Below, piece by piece: positions 14,801 to 25,900 of a DNA stretch of 64,000 nt. Numbering within the stretch: position 1 is the first letter of the stretch; every line of letters begins with the position of its first letter. The position numbers and the translations under genes are program-made. This DNA is from Antedon mediterranea. Taxonomy: Eukaryota > Animalia > Echinodermata. The stretch is taken from NCBI RefSeq assembly GCF_964355755.1, contig NC_092673.1, forward strand, positions 496,001 through 560,000. The letters are read 5' to 3'. The notes below the pieces were generated by a model, which made no database searches, had not been told where the DNA came from, and saw only the letters and a list, made by a program, of their open reading frames with translations.

Positions 14801-14984
14801 ATAAATCCCATCATGTACCTTCCAAGAAGACAATATTTGATTGGCTATAAATCCCATCATGCACCTTTCAAGAAGACAATATTTGATTGGTTATAAATGC
14901 CATCATGCACCTTTCAAGAAGACAATATTTGATTGGCTATAAATCCCATCATGTACCTTTCAAGAAGACAATATTTGATTGGCT
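14801..14984. repeat. 46-bp minisatellite, 4 copies
   Basis: Unit ATAAATCCCATCATG(T/C)ACCTT(C/T)CAAGAAGACAATATTTGATTGGCT at 14801, 14847, 14893 and 14939. Confidence 0.95.
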
Positions 14985-15056
14985 GAGAGTCGTCATGATT
15001 CAATGAAATGCAGCTTGGGGAATATTGTTTGCATACGTTTTAAATGTTCAACTCAC

Positions 15057-15175
15057 CTGTAAGGAAACTGATTGTGCTCCCTACTGAACGTTGTTGTGTT
15101 TCCTTTGATATTCACAATCTCCGGTATAAATCCCTTTTTCGGAAGCTTTCCACGATGTCTTCTTTAATTTGCCGT
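15057..15175 (-). other. Candidate non-coding (5'UTR or lncRNA) exon of a minus-strand gene
   Basis: Minus strand: strong acceptor tgttcttctttcatctcag, a 119-nt exon, then donor CAG|GTGAGT. Stops occur in all three frames. Confidence 0.5.
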
Positions 15176-18100
15176 CTGAGATGAAAGAAGAACAGACATT
15201 GAAAATCAAAACCAATACAATTTCTACAATTATTTACTATTTTGTGGTTAAAGGGATAATTTATTAATTCGCCACTGGAGAACTTTTTAGATGCGTTTGA
15301 CTTTAGTGTCAATAAATAATTAAAACTGGGAAATAATTAATAATCATGTGCATTTTTTCTTTCACACCCTCTTCTTAAGTGGAGACTTTTAAAAATCATC
15401 TTGAAATGGAGACTTCAATCCGTCAGAAATATTAAAATAAATATTGAATTTAACTTTAATGACAGTGTTCAGTAGCAACGAAAATTAATTATTTATTTAT
15501 TATCAATATTTTACCATGCTGCTCAATGTGTTCCTTGGTTCAATGTACATAGTAAAGGGAGCAACACTAAAAAATATCACTATATAATAGCCAAAAACTG
15601 TTATTTTGCAATAGCATTATAAATGAAAAATACTAAAGTGAAATATTATAAATTAAAAAAATATTATTAAGAAGTTTATAAAAAAAAATCAGAGCTTGTG
15701 TAAACAAGGTAGAAACAGAATGTTTAATCTAACAACCGTCTGTACGTCTTCCCTTGCAAAATATTTACACATTTGCTTGTTCAATTATAAGTAAATCATC
15801 CACTTTAAATATATATTTGCTTACAACTTCCTTTATGAACTATTTCCTAAATGTTATTTACATTTAACAGACGAATTACATAAACAAATTTATTAGTTTA
15901 AAAATTAGGATCAACTACAGACAATTTTGTTTGGTTGCTAAGGAAAAAACTTCTTTTAGGATAAATATGGATCTATGGTTTAGCATGGTTTACAAGTGAC
16001 AGATCCAAGTTTCGATTTGTCTAAGATCAACTGGAATTAAGATCTTAATGTATACTGTACAGTTAAGTTTGTATAGTTTGCTTTAAGTTTTTTTTTAGAC
16101 TTTTAAAAATAATTATTCCAAATTTCCAGACAGTCTAGCAAGTGGAGGTAAGTTGAAAGGAACAGAGAAGCAAGCGTTGTAAAACCGAGATAACACACCC
16201 TAGTGAATATGACTGTGAGTGTACAAATCAAGACATCGACAGGAAAAAACCATGCTCACACACACTGGTCTGCAGCAGAGCTCGAAACATTTTATTCTGT
16301 ATATAGAAATATCAAATTAAAAAAAAAACACTTTTTTTAGGAAGTCCATTTATGTAATGTGTCATAATACTTCTGGTTCAACTGTATAAACATCAGGTCT
16401 TGTGTCCCCTGTGTTTTATATTTTATTATTCACCTGCATTGAGTTCATAAAAGATTTCCCCCTGCTTGTCAAAGTCTACAAGGAAGTTTGTTAGTTCATG
16501 GGGCCTAAGATTAGCGCCGTTTCAGTCTTTATATTTACCAAGACCATGTACCATGTTGTTTTAGCACTGATGTAGATTGACTTGCCTGCTTACCCACAGG
16601 TGTAAATGTTTCCCCTGAGCCTAGCCAGGGGACATTTTGACCCCTTTTTGTCACAACCTATCAGTATCTTAGTCTATGTGAAACTAAATTTTAAAGGTAT
16701 AACACATGTCAAATGGTTTCTAGTATCATTTACATATTTAACATAAAAATTAAAAACATCCTAATCACACAAAATCGATTTGAATTAGTTTGAGCATGTA
16801 ATGTTTATTAATTCCTTGAACTTTTGAAATATTTAAAAGGTTGTTTCAGTAAACTAATTTTGAAGTGGGATGGAGGGGTACAGTTTCAGACTACTAATCA
16901 TCTAATATACCTACAGTTTTAATATTTCTATTGGGCTTTTTTCTACTGACACTGTAAATTTATAGATGTACTGATTTAATCAATTCTAACTAAATATAGA
17001 AGTTTTAAAATAAATTAAAATCACAATAATATAATTTCATATATAACATTTCAAGGCACCATTTTGTCTTAAAAATTCAAATATGGTTTAAAAATTCATT
17101 TTCAGACTTCATTACTAGGTCGGTGAGTTTTATGTTTCATATAAACAATCGTAGCACGCTTTGATATACCAGGTCGGTGACATTCTAGTGGGAAATGGAC
17201 TCCCTCAGGTATTCCTACACCACCGACTCAAGTGTATAAGGGGAAACTGATTACTTTTCCTTTTAGCTATCATATTTTATTCAACCTGTCGTAATGACAT
17301 TTCAGTCATCTAAAACCAACCCTTTAGTTGTAAAAGATTTCAGTAAACTTTTTTTGACAGTTACAATCGTGTCGGATCTCTAGTCAGGATTAAGGTGGGC
17401 GTAACAAAATAACAAGTAAACATATCGAAAAATGAAAGATTTTTTTTTTTCAGATAAAGGGCGTTTCATATTTATTAATCATATAAGAATGACTCTGAAA
17501 TAAACCTATTACCAAACCAAACTGTACTTCTTAGTGTAGGCCATGGATAGTAATTATAGTCCATTAATGACCAGTACGAAAAATAGAATACTGTACACTA
17601 TACAGTGTAATAGAGGGTGCTACGGTTTTCACTCACTAGTCAGACACACGTAATTTAAAATTGTTTAATTGATGTACCATAATTTAAATAAATTAACATT
17701 AAAAACCAGTTTATTTTAACTAAAGATCTTTACAACAAACAGATCAACACAACTTAGTTTATGTATTCTTAGAAAGAATAGACGGTAAACTGTTTCAAAT
17801 AAACTCTCACAAATTGATCCAATGAAACAAATATTCAAAGGTTTCCTAACTTGCTGATAGATTCCCTCTTTGTTCAACATGTTCACACGAAGACGTGTCT
17901 ACTAGGAGGTTCCCCCGCAGTGTGTTGACTCAACTACGATGATTTCTGTTGGTGATTAGGGACCGGGGCACAAGGGGATCAATATGCCCCTTTTTATTGA
18001 CATGTTTTCCTGTCAGAACCTTACAACTAGGCCATTGTCCAAACAACATTGTGCATGTTAGCATTAATATTAAGAAATTCAAGTAGCAAAGAGACAGAAA

Positions 18101-18867
18101 CGGTAGTAGTCAGTAATACGTTTCATTGGTTGTATATGGTTCAGGTGAAACTACAAACTACAATACCAGGATTGGTACAAAGAATACTAATATTCCAACA
18201 GTACTGAATGCATATATTCAATGTTAATGTACATACAACATACGACAGGCCTCACTTACTACACAGAATGGCTATTACATTATTACAGCTTTAGACTTTA
18301 CACTTGTTTACGGACCAGAACCAATATGCAACATGAACAATTCATTTTCAAGGAAAACTTGTAAATAACAAAGCTAATGTGACTATGTTTTTACACATTA
18401 CAACAACATAAAAAAGGCCTAAATTAAAACATGTATGTAAACTTACTGTTTTCTTGTAGAATATGTTTGTAGACATCTACTATCCGATTGGTAGAAGGTA
18501 ATGACCTGTACCTTATAATGATTGTGAACCAAAGTCCAAGGTTCAATAGCAAAGTTGGCACAACTCTACAGAGATCAATCATATAATTAGCATTAATTAA
18601 ACAAGGCTTGATGTTGTGCAATAGCAATAAACATATTTGTAAAATACTCAACTGTAATTAAAATATTAATTTGTCTAATAAACTTTAAAATATTTAACAA
18701 TAATGGAATTAAAATAAAATATGTCTAAAAAGTTTAAAATATTATACATTATTATATACAAGCAAATTTAATCAAACTTTATATGATTAAAATAATCATT
18801 CATTTTAATTTGGTAATAGATTAATAATAATTATCATTTATTTACTAAAATTAAGTAAAAAATGTTT

Positions 18868-19145
18868 CATACCTCATATGTGCAAGGAAGTCACAATATT
18901 GACCATTCTGACTTGTTATCTATCTGCTACTTGGACTTGGTCACATCACTAAGAAACTCGGAGGAAAAAAATAAATAGTAATATTAAATACAGTAAATTC
19001 AAATCACCTATCATTTATTTATTAATATTAAGAAGTGAGGCTACCTCACATGTGCAGAAAGAAATCACAATATTGTCCATACTCACTTATCAACAATCTG
19101 CTACTTGGATTGGTCACAAGGCCCATCAGTAAAATTCTCGAAAAA
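18868..19145. repeat. Diverged ~95-bp duplication
   Basis: TACCTCA(T/C)ATGTGCA...TCACAATATTG...ATCTGCTACTTGGA...TTGGTCACA at ~18870 and ~19042. Confidence 0.75.
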
Positions 19146-20679
19146 AAAAATATATATATATTAGTAGGGATATGAAAATCATCTATAATGTATCTAATAA
19201 ACATAAGTAGGAATGCAGTTCCCATGAAGTACAATATCAACACAATTTTATTTTTTGTATTCAGTTGGCCATTTTAAAAAGGTGTATAAAAAAAAAATGA
19301 GTGATAGCAAGCAAAATTGTGTTTACAAATTAATGTCAAAACAAAATTACTTTCACACACTGCCAGTCGTCAAGGTAACACTGACAACATAGTACCCCAT
19401 GTGTCTACTAAGATAACCAGTATATTATAACACAGGAAACATCCACACAGCACATTAAACCAAATATACTTAATAATGTTACTCACGTATCAAACGTATC
19501 ATGTCATGCAATTACAAAATATGCAATAGCCAATGTACGCATGTAACTAAATAAATAATTTGACCACAGGGTAGATGCACACGTTTAACAGATAATCAAA
19601 AAGCAGACAAACTTGTAATTATTGACCAGGTTGTGTGGTTAATCTAATGTACACATGTGGTGACAAACAAACTGATTTGTTACTTATGCTTATTATGAAA
19701 ACATTACAACTCATTAAAACATATTCTTCTAAGAACTGTAATAGGCTCCTTAACCAAATTATTCTCATTCAAAATGATCAACCCCTACGAAAAGCACTAT
19801 GATCAGTGGCTGGGAGGTTCTAAATGTGTAAGGTTTGTTTAGCCTCATTTCAGCATGACATGTGGAACACAGAAGGCAACAAGCATGCAGAGAGGGCAGA
19901 GAGGGGGAGGGTTTGGAAGAAGAAAATTTGGTATAAGACATGACATTAGGATCAGCTCTTGGAGTTATATTAAATTTGATCTGAGTGAGAGATAAATATG
20001 AATTTAATTTATAGTGTCTTAACTGAAAAATACTTTATTTTTAGTTTCAATTCAATGTTTGGCATGCGTCACAATGGATGAAACCAATTTTGAAAAGGTT
20101 CATTGGAGATTTGAGCCTAAGATAGAAAGTGTTGATATGAAAGATCTTGCATCAAGTGAAAAGTATACCGCAATAAAAGGCATTAGGGCTGCCAAACTGA
20201 AACAGGTAAGGGGTTTCCTAAGGAGCTGACTTCATGAAAATAACAATTGGAGCTGGGCAAGACTGGTGGTTGTGGAAACCTCTGAGGGGTTCTAAGGAGA
20301 AAGCAAGCTACGTACTGCACAACAATTGGGGATCACATTTGGATTTATGTTTATAAGGAATGCTAAAGTACTTATACACTACAAAATGTTAGAATACAAA
20401 GGGTTTATAAAGAGATTGTCTCTGCACCGACAATAATTGTCACGGCAGTTTTCCTACATAAAAAGTTCTAAAAGTGCTACCTTTAGAATATTGTTGGCAT
20501 TACTACAACATGTATTTGAGGTAAAAAAAAAAGGTAAAAGAACAACCAAAAAGACAAAAGACAAGAAGCTATTCCAGTTTTCCTTAGGTATGTTTTCAAA
20601 ATGAATACTTTTAGAATTGGATTGGGAATTCAAGAACTTTCAGTTGTATACAAAAAAGGTATGAAGTGATTGGGTATTA

Positions 20680-21945
20680 GGCCAAATAAAAAAAAATACT
20701 TGTTAAGCGTCACACCCTCATCAATTTTCAGGGGCGGGGGGACGGTTTTTTTTTTTTTTTTTTTTTACTTTTTATGGAGGTATAATTTTGCGCGATGGAC
20801 GTTTTGGCCCACTTTTTTTTAGGACGAAACGTCAAACTTTTAAAATGCGAAACAGAACAAAATTGACTATGTATGAAATATTATTGCCGATGACAAAATT
20901 GAGTTTTGTATTGTTTATATCCAGACGTAATTAAAACATTAAATTTAATTGCCACCGAGCGAAATTGTAGGCCCTAGGCTAATCCGTCCAAGCTGCCACC
21001 CCCGCCTCACTCATCGGCGGCCATGGTCCGCCGTCTCTCGCTCGACTCATCTATCCAGGAAATTCCCTATCGCGAGAAGCATGATGTTGGTCTCAATAAT
21101 ACTAAATTATAGTGGGCTGATTTTGAAAACAGCTTACGGCATTTCTTAAGTGAATTTTTATTCAACGTATTCATTCTTCTTTGATGAATCCGTTGCCAAT
21201 TGCTGTGTAAATCAGTATTTAAAGTTGTGATGCGAAAAGTGTGTGTAATTATTCCACAGGTAAACCAGGCATAAGAAAACGCATCGCCGGGCCCATCGCC
21301 CAACAGGACCCTCGTGGTGTGCCGATCTCGAGCGCGAGATCATCGTAAACAAAATTGGTAGAGTCCATTATGTATGGGGTGTTTCCTATTTACGAACCTA
21401 TAAAAAACGCGTTTCGACCACTGTGTAGGCAAAATATTTATTTCAGTAATCCCTAAATTGATAATCGTGTATTCTATCACGTGACTGATGATGTAATCCT
21501 CAGCGACGTACTAAATGCACGTGATTTAATGTGTTGGGGAAAAAGCTTGCTGTTTACCACACATGATTCGCGGTGCTATTCGCGTTTCCTTGACGTAAAT
21601 CGGCGGCGTGTAAATGAAACAATTGTTTTCACCAAATTGCCGTTGTCGACATAGAGCGATCGGTGGCTAGCTAGCGTGGCTAAGCTAAGAAGTACGTATT
21701 TTTCAAAAATTACACCAGCCTAGCAAACATTTGCTAGTTTTGAAATTTTCAACTAGCAATTATAAAGAATCTACTAGCAAAATGCTAGTTTGCTAGCGTG
21801 AATTTTGAGCCCTGCTCTGGAGCTGGGCCGGGCCGCTAAACTTTCCGTTGTATATGGGTAAAAAAAAAATAAAAATAAAAAGAGAGGCGGCTGGATAATC
21901 AGGAGCGGGCGGTGACGCTTAACAAGTATGTTTTTTTATTTGGCC
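20680..21945. mobile_element. Non-autonomous TIR DNA transposon, ~1.27 kb, with a nested hAT-like end
   Basis: ~34-bp TIRs GGCCAAATAAAAAAA(A/C)ATACTTGTTAAGCGTCAC with TTA on both flanks (alternatively TATT with 1-bp longer ends). CpG-rich interior; internal ...TTTTGAGCCCTG hAT-like terminus at ~21814. Confidence 0.85.
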
Positions 21946-22429
21946 TTATTGAAAATCGTGTAGGCCTAGAATATATGGTATTGCATTGAGTAAAGATTGA
22001 ATTTATAAACACAAATTTGGTTCACAGCATGGTTTTGATTCTTCCTGGAATATAACAAAATTAATTGGTAAACTAGGACTACTATTTATAATTTATCATG
22101 TACTCTCTTACACTTCTTGTATTGTTTTATATTCATACAGTATTTCGAAAGTTGCGCTCGATTTTTTAAAGAACAGAAATGAACTACCCCCTCTATAATT
22201 GTTTATTATGAGAGGCTTGGAAAATTGTTTTTACTCCGGGGCAGAGAACACAGAGGTGGTACAATCAATGGACTCCCTAGGCCTAGCTAGTAAGCCTAGC
22301 CTAATTGTACTCTAACATATTTTCTTAAATATAGTTTGCCTGGTGCGAAAGTGCATAATAAATGTATTGTAATTGAAAATGAACAGTTCTTATCTAGGTA
22401 TCATTGCCTTTTAGCCTTCCCACATATCA

Positions 22430-22560
22430 TGCACGTAAACCAAAGATTTTATGACGTAAACACAAAGCACGTTGTAGATATTGCATTCTTACGATGCGGG
22501 CGTCCTTTATCTATTAACATGGCGCGCTGCTGCAGCATTTTACATACATTAGTATAAAAT
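22430..22560 (+). promoter_or_regulatory. Candidate core promoter of the MIF4G gene (YY1-like motif)
   Basis: Local CpG cluster with AACATGGCGC (YY1-type) at 22516, ~385 bp upstream of the ATG at 22901. Confidence 0.35.
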
Positions 22561-22900
22561 ATAATGTGTCATTTTAGATTTCCACACCAGTACAGTAGCC
22601 ACAGTATTTATTACTTCGTTTGATTTCATAAAAGAGTTACTACAGAGTATAATTAATGATACTTATACAATGTTGTGTATGTAGAAAAGAGCATAAATAG
22701 GTTTTTATAATAACGGCGTTGGCGTTCCATACCTCATTACGCTTTCACTGTATTTTAAAATTGTGTTTGTGTGCGAACGATGATCTGAAAGAACTATTTT
22801 TGTAAGTTATTCTAAAAAAAGACCGTTCGGGGACAGTGATTAGCGTGATCTGGTATCTTTAACGCCAAGGCCTAGAGAACCAATACAAACAACATATTAA

Positions 22901-25900
22901 ATGGACAGAGGTCGTGGAAGAGGGGCAAGCAAGGCTTCATACAATGGTTCCCAGCCTAGAGTCCAACAAAGCAATGTGCTCAGAGGTAAACAACATGTTT
23001 TGATTCAATTTGATTTTAAATGTTAAGGTCGTAATATAACAAATATGGAGTTAAAATACAAGTCAGGTGCGAGAAGAAAACTACAGTATTGTAACTTTTA
23101 TTTAGTAAATTTTTCTTATAAAATATGAATTTCAGTACTAGCCTACTAGTTAGTAGGGTGTGTGACCGAAACGGCCGCCGACTGAAACGGCCGCCGACTG
23201 AAACGGCCGCCAACATTTTCTATGGGACGCCAATACAGTATTATAAACGTACAGTAAAGCCTATGAAACCATGATGGAGGAACAAATAAATGAAACCAAC
23301 CAATATATGTTTAAGAATAAAATCAAAGAATAAACGTATTTTTTTAGTTAAGTTTTTATTAGAATAATGGATTGTTTATTATAATAATTCACCATTCTGA
23401 ATTTATTTAACGTATTCAAACAAATACTGTATCAATTATTGAAGTTGAAATAGGCAAAACAGTCGGCGGCCGTTTTTAATAATATTATAATATTTAATGT
23501 AATGTAAAATAAAAATAATGATAATTAAAAACATCTATCTGTTAATATTTATTAAGTCACATACGTCTAAAATCAGTTCAATCTGAAAAAAAAGTAAAAC
23601 AATTGTATTAAACCACACGTCGTTTTGATTACACGTTGTTGACAAACGGCACACGCGGCGTTTCATACATTCAATTGTGTTTTAATTGGCGGCCGTTTCA
23701 GTCGGCGGCCGTTTCGGCTGTAAACCAGTACGCCTAGTAGTTCTATCTAGGCTAGGCCTAGGCCTACATAGCTAGTAGGACTCTGTATGTGTAGTGTAGT
23801 ATATAAATATTATGTTTGTAATTCTAAATATTAATCATGCATCTGATAAAAAAGTTTACTATTTGTAATGTGTAGGTCTTGGACGGGGAAGTTTTTCAAA
23901 TCAGGATGAGAGCATACCATCAAATTCTGAAGGATCAGGCACAACAGATTATGATGATACAAGTGAATATACCTCCATGAGTGAATCAAGTTCTGGACAT
24001 AGCACTGGACAATTTAAACAATGTTTCATTTCACCACAATCTTTACCATTTGTTGAGTGTGTCGATTCCAGCCAGAATCAGTTAAATCAGCCGTTTGTGA
24101 GAGGTTTTGGGGATGATGAACCAACAATATGCAGCAGTATTGCAATGGGAAGAGGAGAGGCAATCCTCAATGGGAAAACTAGCTTAACTCGAAATGCTAA
24201 AGGGCCTACGATTCAAATCGAAAACAAGACCCCTCAAAGTTTTACAAAGCAACCAGATACTGTAAGAAAGGGATTTGATCAAAAAACATTTGTACAACAA
24301 GATGTTCAAAAGCATTTGCCACAGCCTCATAATCTACCTCCTCCAATCAATGAATGGCAAGGCTTTCCATATAATGAACTAAGAAACTACTCTAGACAAC
24401 AACATCAGATGACACAAGAATTGCGAATTCAGAAAAATAGTCCAAGTTGTAACGACGCTCAGACGGCTAGTTTAGGTGCTACACATCAACATCAAGTTAT
24501 ACAACGACTACCAAGTCATGCACATAAACATTCTGCCATGAACCAGTGGCATGGTTTTTCTCGTAATACCCAGGGACAGTCCATTTCTGAAAGCAAGCCA
24601 ACATCTAAACAATTCCTAGAAGAAACTCAGAATACTGTTATTGGAGAACAAATTTTCAATTGTTCTCCAGCTGTCCAACCACCTAATAATATTGAAAAAC
24701 AATTTAGACAACAGCCAATGAACTTTTCACAGGGAGATATTAAACCATCAACAGCCAATAATACAGAGGATTTGAATGACTTGTTGATATGTGATGACTT
24801 GGGTGGAGGTTTTGGTATGGACTTGACATCAGAAGACAGGGATACAGTACAAAGGAAGGGATTCAATCATGTATCTCCTCATTCTGTACAGAATTTTAAA
24901 GAAATACCACCACAATCATTCCCTAAAAGGTCAACTACTTCACCAAATGTTCCAGATTCGAATACTTCAGTTTTGGCAAGGCATTCTCCAAAGAATAGCC
25001 CTGTCAATCAGTTCATAGCAAATACATCACCAAATCCTCCTACTGATGCAAACAGACATCAAGATACAAAGCTTGTTACAGTATTACCAAGAAAATCATT
25101 GCAATATGAACATCAGAAGCAGTCTGTGTCATATCAGCCAGTGAAAAATAGAGGGGCATCTTATACAGATAGTACAGGGCAAGTATGGGTTGCACCATCT
25201 GTAGGACCGAACCAACAACCTCAAGAATCGTGGCGAAAGTCTCCTAACCAAGGTAACTGGAGGAATAATCAATGGGGAGGTCATCAAGGAAATGCAAGAA
25301 ATTATTCTGGTAACTGGAAAAATATGGAACCAAATCAAGAAGGTGGTAACTGGAGAGCTCCGTCTAATCAAAGACCAGTTAACTGGAATAATCAATCCGA
25401 ACAGAGGCAAGGGCACTGGAATAAACCGTCAAATGATAGAACAGCAAGTAACTGGAGAACACAAAATACACCAGTTAAAGCTCCAGCTCCAGATAAGTTA
25501 ACTATGGAACAAATGAAGAATGAGTTTGAATGGCAGAGGTTCAAAGTTGTTCGTAAAGTGAAAAAGGTATAACAAAACATATTTTATATTACTTTCTTAA
25601 CTGTGAGTCTTAATGTTTAATCAATAAAACGTTGTTTTACAAAACTATTCAATAATTTGCAAACCACATCATGTTCCTTGTGATTTTATTTCAGGCTATC
25701 TCTACTGTTATGATGGATGAAGTGAAAACTAAAGCAAAGGAGATTTCAGATATCCTGGAAGGTGGTATGTTCAGTTTATATTAGAGATCTTCCAATTTAC
25801 GACCATCTTGAAACAAGTTAGACCATGTCAATTCAATGTGTGTAGAAGAAAAGTTGAGACTACAGTATTCCTTGGCAGATTTTTTATTTTAAATCCAGAA

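Noticed and set aside
23977-25572. 531-aa ORF as a standalone gene
   Set aside because: It is exon 2 of the 8-exon gene: the frame is open from the acceptor at 23876 and the stop lies just past the donor at 25567. Likewise 27801-28358 and 54098-55600 are terminal exons.
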